From: a bacterium
GTDB lineage: Bacteria > UBA8248 > JACPRG01 > G963555815
Reading direction: 5' to 3'
Length of the DNA stretch: 64,000 nt
Assembly: GCA_963555815.3 (NCBI GenBank)
Contig: CAUVWX020000001.1
Location: 832,001 to 896,000 of the forward strand
Within the stretch, counting starts at the first letter, position 1. Each line of letters opens with the position of its first letter. The translations under genes and the position numbers were made by a program. Positions 47,266 to 56,637 of the stretch are shown here, one piece after another. The notes under the pieces are model-generated. The model was not told the DNA's origin. It worked only from the letters and a program-made list of their open reading frames with translations, and did no database searches.

Positions 47266-50200
47266 GCTGAACTTCCCCCACTTCCCCCAGAGGGTGTCGG
47301 GTCCACCTTGCGGCAGATGGGACGATATTGACATGTGGAAGAGCAGGACCGGGGAGAGACGGGGAACTCGCCGGCCTGAATGGCAGATGCATAGGTCTTC
47401 AGATGCTCCTCCACCTGAGGAAGAAGGGTTTCCCATGCGATGCTCCTCCCCCCGCCCCCCTCGGTCACATGTCCACTGCGCTTCAACGGCTCAAATCTCA
47501 GGTAGTATCCCTCGCTGATCTTCAGGTTCGGGAAGAAGAGACGCTGGGCCGCCAAGAGATAGAGGGAAATTTGGAAGTCCACCCCGTCCCGGATGTCTCG
47601 GGGCCCTGGGGCCCCTTTTCCCGTTTTGTAGTCCATGACGCTGAAGGACTGATCGTCTCCGAGGTCGATTCGGTCGATCTTCCCCTCCACCTCAAGGGGG
47701 GGGGGACCGGAGAAAAAGAGGGGGGCTGTGGTCGACAGGGCGTCTTCTCCGCCCTCAAGGCCGAAGGCCACTTCAAAATGGCTTGGGCTCCCGCCTCGGA
47801 AGTTCCCCCTCAGTGTCTCGGAGAGAAGCCTTTCCAATCCCCTGAGGATTCTTGCCTTTTCGGTCTTCCAGATCCCCGGATAAAGCGGGGGCCACTGCTT
47901 CTCCCTCCTGGAAAAATGAGCCCCAGCCACCCGGCTAAGGAGAGTGAGGGCCTCTTTTTCGTCCACCCCGGGCCAAGTCCCTCCCCGCTCCTGGTGAAGC
48001 TGGCCAAGGCCCCTGAAGGTTTCCGTCAGGATCCGGTGAAGCAGCCGTCCCCGTTCAGCGGGGAGCACTTCCTCATCAAAGGGCTCGGCGGGCTCAAGGC
48101 CGAGGGCATAGCGGGCCATGAATTTGAAGGGACACTCGCCGAAGGTGTTGAGCTGGGTGATGCTGAGACGAAGGGTTTTTGTCTGACCAAAAAGTTCTGC
48201 CACCAACGGCCAAGCGATGAGACCGTTTGGAAGAGAGGGCGTCTGTGCGTCCAGGCGAAGTGCCTCCATGGAGATCGCCCGCTCAACCTGGCGAAGGAGA
48301 GCGCTCTCTGTCTTTTCCAGGAACCTGTAACCCCAGAGGGCCATGGAGGTTTTTAGTGCTGCAGGGGAAAACGGCTCCTTCCGCCCCTCAGGCGCTGAGG
48401 CCATCGCTGAAATCTCGGTCAAGACCCGCTCCCTCAACTCGGCGCGGCTGGCGGGCCCTCGGCTCCACGGCATTTCAGACACTTCGGCTTCAGGGGAAAG
48501 GCGTCTCGCGGCCTCGACGAAGCGCGAGAGTGGTCTTTCCCTCCTTCGAAAATCCCTTCTCGGATAAGAGAGGAAGAGGAAGCGGGAGGCCCGTGTGGCG
48601 GCCAGGTAGAAGAGGAGATCCTCCTCGGGAAGTTTTTGCCCTTTTCTCACCAGAGGTTTTTCGGGCACATGACGGGAGAGTGTCACCCGGGCCCCGTCCC
48701 CGGCCAATGGGTTCACCCACCCAGGTGAGGGGAATTCATTGGCGGTGAGCCCACCGATGAATACAGCGTCAAAATGAAGGCCCCTTGTCGTATTCACGTC
48801 TAGCAGGGAAACCCCATCCCCTGTCCCCAGCCGGTCCGGGTAGGTGGCCTCCTCGAGGGCCAGGCGCAAGAGGGAGGCAAAGGCACCCAGAGAGAGGGGG
48901 GCCGCCTTCCGATCTCCATCCAGGTTTTTGATCTCCTCATGGGCCCGAAAAAGATTTTCAAGGGCTCGACGAAGGGCCTCCGAGGCTCTCTGGTCCCGAG
49001 CTGCCCATTGATGACTGGCACTCCCTAGGGGAGTCCTTTCGAGAATTTTGGCTTGAAAGGGCGGATCTTCCAGAATCCCTATCCTCTCGCAGGCGGTGAG
49101 GAGCCCTTGACACATGTCCGAAGGGGTTCCCCGATGGGGAATTTCACGGGCCGCGCCAAAAAGTTCGCCCACCGCTCCAAGGGCTTGGGATACTTCCTTA
49201 AGGGACACTTTTTGCCCTTCTGGGTCCAAGGGTTTCTTTTTTTCGGCCAGGGAACGGAGCCGGGCCTCTATGTGCTTTCTTTCCCCTTTGCACCTTGCCT
49301 CCTCAAAGAGACGGGAGAGGGTCCGGGGGCTCAGGCCACGCCTTCTGAGGAGGGAGAGATGGGGGTTTGAGAGAAAGAGGAGTGTGTCATGAGCGGGAAA
49401 GCCCTCTCTCACCAGGCGAAGGAATCTCAGAAGGGCCTTCGCCCGGGGATGACGCATCAGGTGCACCTCATCCGGGGGTCTCAGGGGGATGCCAAAATCC
49501 CTGAAAACCTGCTCGACGGGGCTTCGGTAGTCTTCCAGCCTTCGGAAGAGGACAGCAATCTGTCGGGGAAGGAGGCCCCCTTCCAGGATGAGTCTTTTGA
49601 CCCGCCGTGCGATCCCCTCGACCTCCTGCCAGGCGTCAGCCGCTGGATAGACCTCGACAGGCAGGGACGCGCCTGCGCCTTGAGCGCTGAAGGAGGGCGC
49701 GAGAAGCGAGCGCTCGAACATCCGAAGGGGATAATTTTTCGCGGCTGCATCCACCTCAAGACAGCGCACCTGCGCCGCGGCCCCTCGAAGCCTTTCGAGG
49801 GTGTGGTCGGCCATCTCAAAGACCTCGGGCCTCCCCTCTTCAAAGGGGAGGGTGACCACTCCCTGCGGGACTTCTTGGAGGAGATGCTGAACGAGGGAGA
49901 GCTGAAGTGGATTGAAATCGTAAAATCCGTCGATGAAGAAAAACCCGGCTTCCCGAAGACCGCCCGGCCACCCTTCTCGGCTCAGGCGAGAGGCCTCGAC
50001 GAAGAGGTCCTCGGTGTCCCACAGCCCTGCCCGATCTTTGTCCTTTTCGTATTGGCGGAAGACTTGTCTCACGTCTGCCCAGAGGGGATCTTGGGTGGGG
50101 AGCTCCTCTGGGTCGATGAGGTGCTCTTTAAGCTCGGTGATCAGGTCCCCGAGAAGGGAAATGAAGCCCGGCTTCTCCGTCAGGGGCAGCAGCCTGGAGA

Positions 50201-50525
50201 AGCTTTTCCTCAGTTCTCCGACGGCCCTTTGAAGAAAGAGGGTTCGGCTAAGGACTGAAAGCTCGTGTTTGATACCGTTCCCTCTGGCGGTGGGTTCGGA
50301 GAGGGCGCGGGAGATATCGAGAAGGGTATAAAAGCGGGGTTGGATGAGGCCCCGAAAAGGGCCGGCCGCGAGGAGGCGGTCCGTGAAGGCTTCGATGGCG
50401 CGGTTTGATGGGAGGATGACGATGTGGGGGGTGAAAGGGTCGACGCGCAGAAGATCGGCGAGGGTCTCCAGGACGGCTTCTGTCTTCCCGCTTCGAGCCG
50501 GACCTAAGATGAGCTCAAAGGCCAT
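47262..50525 (-). CDS. addB: AddB-like helicase/nuclease subunit
   Basis: GPARSGKT, IDGF, CPFKF, GKIDRID..DYKT, Q..LY, C-terminal Cys cluster. Confidence 0.9.
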   Translation of the reverse strand: MAFELILGPARSGKTEAVLETLADLLRVDPFTPHIVILPSNRAIEAFTDRLLAAGPFRGLIQPRFYTLLDISRALSEPTARGNGIKHELSVLSRTLFLQRAVGELRKSFSRLLPLTEKPGFISLLGDLITELKEHLIDPEELPTQDPLWADVRQVFRQYEKDKDRAGLWDTEDLFVEASRLSREGWPGGLREAGFFFIDGFYDFNPLQLSLVQHLLQEVPQGVVTLPFEEGRPEVFEMADHTLERLRGAAAQVRCLEVDAAAKNYPLRMFERSLLAPSFSAQGAGASLPVEVYPAADAWQEVEGIARRVKRLILEGGLLPRQIAVLFRRLEDYRSPVEQVFRDFGIPLRPPDEVHLMRHPRAKALLRFLRLVREGFPAHDTLLFLSNPHLSLLRRRGLSPRTLSRLFEEARCKGERKHIEARLRSLAEKKKPLDPEGQKVSLKEVSQALGAVGELFGAAREIPHRGTPSDMCQGLLTACERIGILEDPPFQAKILERTPLGSASHQWAARDQRASEALRRALENLFRAHEEIKNLDGDRKAAPLSLGAFASLLRLALEEATYPDRLGTGDGVSLLDVNTTRGLHFDAVFIGGLTANEFPSPGWVNPLAGDGARVTLSRHVPEKPLVRKGQKLPEEDLLFYLAATRASRFLFLSYPRRDFRRRERPLSRFVEAARRLSPEAEVSEMPWSRGPASRAELRERVLTEISAMASAPEGRKEPFSPAALKTSMALWGYRFLEKTESALLRQVERAISMEALRLDAQTPSLPNGLIAWPLVAELFGQTKTLRLSITQLNTFGECPFKFMARYALGLEPAEPFDEEVLPAERGRLLHRILTETFRGLGQLHQERGGTWPGVDEKEALTLLSRVAGAHFSRREKQWPPLYPGIWKTEKARILRGLERLLSETLRGNFRGGSPSHFEVAFGLEGGEDALSTTAPLFFSGPPPLEVEGKIDRIDLGDDQSFSVMDYKTGKGAPGPRDIRDGVDFQISLYLLAAQRLFFPNLKISEGYYLRFEPLKRSGHVTEGGGGRSIAWETLLPQVEEHLKTYASAIQAGEFPVSPRSCSSTCQYRPICRKVDPTPSGGSGGSSA

Positions 50526-50643
50526 CTTGGGATCTCCAGGAGCACCCTTCTTTGTCCTCAGGTGGTGGCGCCTGGGATGTGAATGGCAACTAAAGCTGAA
50601 GAGGGTGGGCGGTGCCCTGAAGGAGCCTCCCCTGGCTCACGGG

Positions 50644-50826
50644 CTAACCCCCTTCGCCTCCGACCTCGGCCTCAAAGGCGCCGTTAAACTTGAGGGTCTC
50701 CCAATCGAGCCCTTCCAGCAGTCTGTCCTGACTTAGGGACTGGGCGCGCTTTCCAGCCTCCTCCGGGTTGTCGGCCTCCACCGACACCTTGCCGACCACT
50801 GTGTATTCCACCTCATAGTTTCTCAT
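50644..50826 (-). CDS. Small acidic hypothetical protein (VEAxxxEEA motif)
   Basis: MRNYEVEYTVVGKVSVEADNPEEA; AAGGGG RBS. Confidence 0.6.
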   Translation of the reverse strand: MRNYEVEYTVVGKVSVEADNPEEAGKRAQSLSQDRLLEGLDWETLKFNGAFEAEVGGEGG

Positions 50827-51070
50827 CGTTACCCCCTTCAGCCCACTCGGACCACGTGGAGGGTCTTCGGACATCTCACTTCTTGCGCTCATGGATCAGT
50901 ATAGTCTTCTCCCGCCGACCCGGCCAGAGGGAGGTATGACCGGATCTCGTGAGGCCGGGTTCATTGACAGTCAGCGGACCTGCGTGCTACGGTTTTGCAT
51001 CCCTCGCAGAGGGGTAGTCTTCTCGCTGAGGCGGGACAGCCAGCTAGCCCCTTGGGGCAGGGGAGAGGCA

Positions 51071-52105
51071 GTGGGAGAGGTCCTCATCTCGGGCGGTGCG
51101 GGGTTCATCGGTTGCAACACGGCCCGAAGGTTTATCGAGCTTGGTCACCGAATCATCGTCCTCGACAACCTGAGCCGAAAAGGGGCTGACCTGAACCTGA
51201 CCTGGCTTCAGGAACAGGGTTCCGTTGATTTCGTCCAGGTTGATATCCGAGATGTAGCCGCCGTCCGGGAGGCCATCGGGCAATACCCACACCTGGACGC
51301 CATCATTCATCTCGCCTCTCAGGTGGCCGTCACCACATCGGTTAAAGACCCCCGGGAGGATTTCGAGGTCAACGCCCTGGGGACCTTCAACCTCCTGGAG
51401 GCCACACGGCTTTCCAAAGGGGACCCCGTCTTTCTCTTCGCCTCCACGAACAAGGTTTACGGCGGCCTGGACGGAGTGACCGTCGTGGAGCGAGACAACC
51501 GTCATACGTTCCGGGATCTTCCCGGCGGGATTGGCGAGGACCACCAGCTCGATTTCCACTCCCCCTACGGGTGCTCCAAGGGCGCCGCTGACCAGTATGT
51601 CCGGGACTACGGGCGGATCTACGGGCTCAGGACCGTCGTCTTGCGTCAGTCCTGCATTTATGGCTATCGGCAGTTTGGCGTCGAGGACCAGGGGTGGGTC
51701 GCTTGGTTCACCATCGCTGCCGTCCTGGGAAAGCCAATCGTCATCTACGGCGACGGCAAACAGGTTCGAGACCTCCTCTTCATCGATGACATGGTGGAGG
51801 GCTATCGTGTGGCCCTCGAGCAGATCGACCAGGCCTCTGGAAAGATCTACAACTTCGGGGGCGGACCTGAGAACGTCCTCTCCCTTCTCGAGCTCATCGC
51901 CATCCTGGAGGACCTCGCTGGCCGCAAGATCCCTCACTCCTTTGAGGGCTGGCGACCCGGGGACCAGCCCGTCTTCATCTGCAATATTGACAAGGCGTCA
52001 AGAGAGCTTGACTGGAAACCGCGGGTGAATCCGAAGGAAGGGGTTCAGCGCCTTTACGCCTGGGTCATCGAGAACCAGGACCTGCTGCGCACAGTCTTCA
52101 GTTAG
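51071..52105 (+). CDS. NAD-dependent nucleotide-sugar epimerase (CDP-paratose 2-epimerase-like)
   Basis: GGAGFIG, QVAVTTS, STNKVYG, SPYGCSK, RQSCIYG, GVEDQGW. Confidence 0.92.
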   Translation: MGEVLISGGAGFIGCNTARRFIELGHRIIVLDNLSRKGADLNLTWLQEQGSVDFVQVDIRDVAAVREAIGQYPHLDAIIHLASQVAVTTSVKDPREDFEVNALGTFNLLEATRLSKGDPVFLFASTNKVYGGLDGVTVVERDNRHTFRDLPGGIGEDHQLDFHSPYGCSKGAADQYVRDYGRIYGLRTVVLRQSCIYGYRQFGVEDQGWVAWFTIAAVLGKPIVIYGDGKQVRDLLFIDDMVEGYRVALEQIDQASGKIYNFGGGPENVLSLLELIAILEDLAGRKIPHSFEGWRPGDQPVFICNIDKASRELDWKPRVNPKEGVQRLYAWVIENQDLLRTVFS

Positions 52106-52156
52106 GGAGGCGGGTCTGGCCAGCAACCCTCTCGTATTCGAAATTCCCCTCATGGC

Positions 52157-53539
52157 GTGAATCGGGTCTGGATGGAAAGGCCAAAAATCCTCATCGTCAT
52201 TCTCCTGGTGGCTCTCCTGCTGCGTCTCGGTGTTTCGATTCAGGCTAAGGGGGGGCCAGTCTCCGACGGACTGGAGTATGAGGGATACGCCCTCTCCCTC
52301 CTCTCCGGTCAGGGGTACCAGTACGAGACAGGGGGTGAGGTCCATCGATCTGACCGGCTTCCCCTCTACCCCATCTTTCTGGCGGGCACTTATTTCCTCT
52401 TCAATCACTCCCACCTGGCCGTCCGCATCCTTCAAGCCCTCTTGAGCGTCTTGACCGTCTTCCTCATCATTCGTCTGGGGGAGCGGTTGAGTTTCGGGAG
52501 GGCCGCCCTCCTGGGGGGTGGCCTCGCGGCCATTTATCCAAATTTCCTCATCTACTTCGGACCCGGATTCATCCTGACGGAGACGGTCTTTCTCTTCATG
52601 GTGGTCCTGGCCGTGGAGAGGGCCTCGGCCGCCCTGGAGCGCCCTTCGGCGGCGAGGCTCATCGGGCTTGGCCTGGCCCTGGTGGCGAGCGCCCTGGTGA
52701 AGGGGACAGGGGTCTTATTCCCCTTCTTCATCCTGGCCTACTTGGCCTTGTGGTCCGGGTGGACTGTAGGCGAGAAGGCTCGGCGCGTCGGGGGAGTCCT
52801 CCTCGTCTTTGTGGTCATCCTCTCCCCTTGGATGATCCGAAATTACCGAATCCACGACAGCTGGGTCTTCAGCACCAAGGGGGGTCAGGTCTTCTGGGAG
52901 TCGAACAATCCCACGGCCCGCGGGGGATGGGCTCCCGTGAACCCTCAGGACCAGGACCTTGAGAGGAATCTGACGGAGCGCGAGCGCCAGTATCTGGCCC
53001 AGCGTGCATCCCTCAGGGCCGAGAAGGCCGATGAGGTCCAAGCCATCATGTCTCGGTATCCCACCTCAGGGCTCTCAGAGGTGAAGGGCAATCAAGTACA
53101 GCTAAGGATGGGGCTTGATTACTGGATAGGATACCCGGCGCGGGTCCCAAAGCTCCTCTTTCGAAAGTTTCTGCTCCTTTGGAACCCCATCGGGCTCGAC
53201 TTTTTTCTCGGCTACACGCTTCTCTTGCCTTTTGGCCTCCTTGGCCTCTGGGTGGCGTGGCGAAGGGGAAGGGGGGGACTCCTTTTGACCCCCATTTTAT
53301 ATTTCAACTTCACCACCCTTCTCTTTTACGGCCACCCGCGGTTTCGCCTGCCCTTTGAGCCCTTCCTGGTCCTGGCCTCGGCCCTGGGGCTGACCCAGAC
53401 CTGGCGTCTTTGCCGGGCCCGCCCTGTCACCTTTGTGCTGCCGGCCGTCTGGGTGGTGCTCTGTCTCCTTGCGGCTTGGGATGTGGACCGCGCCCTCGCC
53501 CTCTTGAGGGGTCTCTTTTCACTCTTGGGGCTTCGGTAA
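52157..53539 (+). CDS. GT-C fold membrane glycosyltransferase (ArnT/PMT, GT39/GT83-like)
   Basis: D..EY loop, R.PLYP, LTE, PWMIRNY, PRFRLP; many TMs. Confidence 0.85.
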   Translation: MNRVWMERPKILIVILLVALLLRLGVSIQAKGGPVSDGLEYEGYALSLLSGQGYQYETGGEVHRSDRLPLYPIFLAGTYFLFNHSHLAVRILQALLSVLTVFLIIRLGERLSFGRAALLGGGLAAIYPNFLIYFGPGFILTETVFLFMVVLAVERASAALERPSAARLIGLGLALVASALVKGTGVLFPFFILAYLALWSGWTVGEKARRVGGVLLVFVVILSPWMIRNYRIHDSWVFSTKGGQVFWESNNPTARGGWAPVNPQDQDLERNLTERERQYLAQRASLRAEKADEVQAIMSRYPTSGLSEVKGNQVQLRMGLDYWIGYPARVPKLLFRKFLLLWNPIGLDFFLGYTLLLPFGLLGLWVAWRRGRGGLLLTPILYFNFTTLLFYGHPRFRLPFEPFLVLASALGLTQTWRLCRARPVTFVLPAVWVVLCLLAAWDVDRALALLRGLFSLLGLR

Positions 53540-53542
53540 ACC

Positions 53543-55126
53543 TTGTCCGCAGATACCCCTGATCGGCCCCTTGAGAAGCCCTGGCGGGCGACGAGGAGCG
53601 TCAGCGGTCTCACACTCATCTCGGTTGTTGGGGCTGTAGTAGGCGCTCTTTCCAACGCCCTTATCGCCTTCCATTTTGGGGCTGGCCGCCTGACGGACGC
53701 CTTCTTCCTGGCCCAGTCCATCCCCCTTGTCTTCGCTCAGCTCCTCCAAAGCGGGCCCCTCCCGAGCGTCTTTTTGCCCATCTTTATCCGCGCCCGGCAG
53801 GAGGAGGGCCAGCCGAGCTGGCGCCTTCTGAACAACTTGATCACCCTCCTCTTGATTCTGAATGCGGTGCTGATCGTCGTCGGTTTTATCTTTGCGCCCC
53901 TTCTTGTTCGAGCGATCGGCATCGGCTTTGATGCCGAGAGAGCGGCCCTGGGTACGCGGGTGCTGCGATTCCTCATCTTTGCCCTTATCTCGCAAACCCT
54001 CTCGGGTGTGCTCATGATCGCCCTGAACTCCCTGAACCTCTTTGTCCTCCCAGCTCTTCTGAGTCTTTTGCCCGCCACCGGGGTCATCGTCATGGTGGCT
54101 CTTTTTGCCTCTTCCTGGGGCATAGACGCCTGGATCTGGGGAAACCTCGTCGGTCCGGCCGCCTTTCTCCTGGGCCTGGGTCTCGTACTTAGAAGCCAGG
54201 GTTTCCGCTATCGGTTTGTCCTGGACCTTCGACAGCCAGAGTTGCGCGAGGTCATCCGGCAGGCGAGCCGATTCTTCATCAGTTCGGCCTTCACGCAGGG
54301 CCAGATTCTGTCCACCAAATTCGTGGCCTCTCTTCTTGCCCCCGGCAGCCTCTCGGCGCTCGCCTATGCCGAGCGGATCTTCCTGGCGGCGTCCTCCCTC
54401 TTCATCCTGCCGCTTCCCAGTGTGATCTTTCCGGAGCTCGTTAGGCGCCAGGTGGCGGACCGTCTGGGGGACCTTCGCCAGCTTCTCTTCAAGGCCTCTC
54501 GCGCCCTGGTCCTTCAGCTCACGCCCCTCACGATTGGGATGATGGTCACCAGCGGTTGGGTGGTGGGCCTTCTTCTCCAGCGGGGCCTCTTTGATGCCCA
54601 GGATAGTTCGAAAACCACGTGGGCCCTCACGCTCTACTTCATGGCCTTCCTTCCCCTCGGCTATAAAATGCTCTTCACGAACTCTCTCTACGCGCTTCAG
54701 AGGACGCGGGTCGTCGTCCTTGCGTTGTGCGCTGGACAGGCGGCTATTATCGTGGGAAATTTCACCCTTCCTTGGCTCTTTGACTTTGCGGGGGTGGCCC
54801 TGGCGCACGTCATTGGACAATTTGTCCTCGTGGCCGTTCAGACTCATTACCTGAGGCGTGAGTTCTCGCTTGAGGGGGTTTTCTTGAACGCCTCGACCAA
54901 AAAGTCCCTTCTGGCGGGGGCGACGATGGGGGTGATCGGGGCCCTGCTCATCGTGTGGCTGCCCCCCGTGGCAAGCGCCTCCCTGGGGATGAGGGGGGCC
55001 GGACTCTTGGGGTTGGTGGCAATTTTGGCCCTAATTTACACCGTCCTCGTTCTGGGCTTTCGAATCCCGGAGGCCCAACAGCTCTGGGCGGCGATCAGGG
55101 TGCGCCTGGGGGGTCGGTCGTCTTGA
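53543..55126 (+). CDS. MurJ/MviN-like MOP flippase
   Basis: FGAG..DAFF, FLPIF, LAYAERI, VIFP, LLQRGLF; ~14 TMs. Confidence 0.85.
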   Translation: MSADTPDRPLEKPWRATRSVSGLTLISVVGAVVGALSNALIAFHFGAGRLTDAFFLAQSIPLVFAQLLQSGPLPSVFLPIFIRARQEEGQPSWRLLNNLITLLLILNAVLIVVGFIFAPLLVRAIGIGFDAERAALGTRVLRFLIFALISQTLSGVLMIALNSLNLFVLPALLSLLPATGVIVMVALFASSWGIDAWIWGNLVGPAAFLLGLGLVLRSQGFRYRFVLDLRQPELREVIRQASRFFISSAFTQGQILSTKFVASLLAPGSLSALAYAERIFLAASSLFILPLPSVIFPELVRRQVADRLGDLRQLLFKASRALVLQLTPLTIGMMVTSGWVVGLLLQRGLFDAQDSSKTTWALTLYFMAFLPLGYKMLFTNSLYALQRTRVVVLALCAGQAAIIVGNFTLPWLFDFAGVALAHVIGQFVLVAVQTHYLRREFSLEGVFLNASTKKSLLAGATMGVIGALLIVWLPPVASASLGMRGAGLLGLVAILALIYTVLVLGFRIPEAQQLWAAIRVRLGGRSS

Positions 55127-55177
55127 GGAGGGAGGAACACCAGGGGGCCACGACGGCGAGGATCAGGGAAGGGCCCA

Positions 55178-56053
55178 TCAGGCTTTTCGTCCGAGTACCG
55201 AGATCATCGAGATCCCCTGCATCGCCAGCATCGCAGTCTGAGAGAGGGCCCGCGAGAGGGCATTTGGATTCCGCAGGACCCGGTGGAGCCCGAGACGTCT
55301 CAACTGTGTTCCCCGGCCCCCGAAACCTTCTACCATTCGCCCGAACTCCATCGGGGGGTCACTCGCCACATACTCCACGCCCGTTCTTCGAAACCACCCC
55401 AGGATCTGCCCGTAGGTGTGATGGCTAAGAACGGGGACCCCAAAATTGTCGTAGAGGTAGGTGGCCTTCGTGAGTCCATGTGACTCCTCGTGGCGGGGTT
55501 TGTAGAAGAGCCGCTCTGCCCAGCGGACTCTTCCCTCCACATTTTGGGCCAGGGACCGGATCAACAATATTCGCCACAGGGCCCCTTTATCCCTCACCAT
55601 CCCTCCTCGGCTAAAAAGGGAAAAAACCTTGATCAGGAGGTGTCCTCCAGGTCGCAGGGCGCGGGAGAGTTTTTGGACACCCCGCTCTGGGTCTCCCGTG
55701 TGATGGAGCACCATGTGGGAGTAGATGAAATCGAAACATGCCGTCTTCAAAGGGGGCTCCAGGATGGAACCGCGAAGGAAACGGACCTCAGGGAAGGTTT
55801 CGTGGGCGTACTTCAGCGAGCCGTCGGAGAAATCTAGGCCGAAAACCAAAGGACCTTTTGAGGCGACGAAGGAGGCGATCTCGCCCGTTCCGCAGCCCGC
55901 GTCAAGGACTGGCCGGCCCTGAAGGGTCTCGAGAGAGACTCCCAGGCGGCAGAGCTCCTCGGCGAAGTAGCGGGTCATTTTTCTTACCCCCTCCGAGCTT
56001 CGCTTGGGGAAGGGGTGACGACTGTACATCTCAGCGACCGGTCTCATGCTCAT
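55178..56053 (-). CDS. Class I SAM-dependent methyltransferase
   Basis: VLDAGCGTG, GLDFS, FDFIYSHMVLHH, LRPGG. Confidence 0.9.
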   Translation of the reverse strand: MSMRPVAEMYSRHPFPKRSSEGVRKMTRYFAEELCRLGVSLETLQGRPVLDAGCGTGEIASFVASKGPLVFGLDFSDGSLKYAHETFPEVRFLRGSILEPPLKTACFDFIYSHMVLHHTGDPERGVQKLSRALRPGGHLLIKVFSLFSRGGMVRDKGALWRILLIRSLAQNVEGRVRWAERLFYKPRHEESHGLTKATYLYDNFGVPVLSHHTYGQILGWFRRTGVEYVASDPPMEFGRMVEGFGGRGTQLRRLGLHRVLRNPNALSRALSQTAMLAMQGISMISVLGRKA

Positions 56054-56286
56054 CCTCTTTTCATAAAGACGGGATGGTATTCTAACAAAAATTTTTGGGT
56101 ATGGGAGGGACTTTGGGGGGCTAGTGTCTCGGTTGTGGACCCGTAAATTTGTAAGGGAGGGGGTAAGGAGGCTGGTTGGTCCACCGTCTTCGCCGGAAAC
56201 TCTATGGCGGAAAATATGCCGCTCAAATCCCTGGAAAAGGCAATGCGGTGCTGCGCGTTTCCATCCCTACCGGATTTGGCCGAGCC

Positions 56287-56318
56287 CCAAATTCAGGATC
56301 TAAAGATCCTGAATTTGG
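56287..56318. repeat. Perfect 15-bp inverted repeat
   Basis: CCAAATTCAGGATCT-AA-AGATCCTGAATTTGG. Confidence 0.9.
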
Positions 56319-56353
56319 AGAGTGGTAAACAAGCCATGCAGTTATTCCTATAC

Positions 56354-56415
56354 ATACAAGATGTTGTGGCAATATACGATTTTTTACTTGACAACACACA
56401 CCATATTGGTATTAA
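56354..56415 (+). promoter_or_regulatory. nrdJ promoter with two NrdR-box-like sites
   Basis: ATACAAGATGTTGTGG (56354-56369) and ACACACCATATTGGTA (56396-56411), 42 bp apart, versus consensus acaCwAtATaTwGtgt; TTGACA at 56388-56393 and TGgTATTAA at 56407-56415. Confidence 0.7.
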
Positions 56416-56637
56416 AAGAAAACTCTGTATTGGTATCAAAATGAGAATAGTACTAAAAAACAATGTATTAAGAATCAAAGGGTTTTATGAAGTAAGTACT
56501 CTGGTTTTGACACTATTCCGCGGCTTTGCTTTAGAGGCAGACAAGAACCAGAGGGACGAGTTGGAAGCTTTCGGGTTCGCCGGGTCTTCTTCTTCGGAGT
56601 TTTAGAACAACCCAGATTTGAAAGAAGGGGGGGCATT

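Noticed and set aside
43720..50525. PD-(D/E)xK Cys-cluster domains as Cas4 or a defence system
   Set aside because: They are the C-terminal nuclease domains of an ordinary AddAB repair pair.
56204..56605. ORFs in the AT-rich stretch, or an oriC
   Set aside because: Translations have no recognisable features; the region is better explained as the nrdJ promoter with NrdR-like boxes; I saw no DnaA-box cluster.
56420..56637. Cobalamin riboswitch upstream of B12-dependent nrdJ
   Set aside because: No B12-box or GGGAA/GCCACTG core motifs visible.
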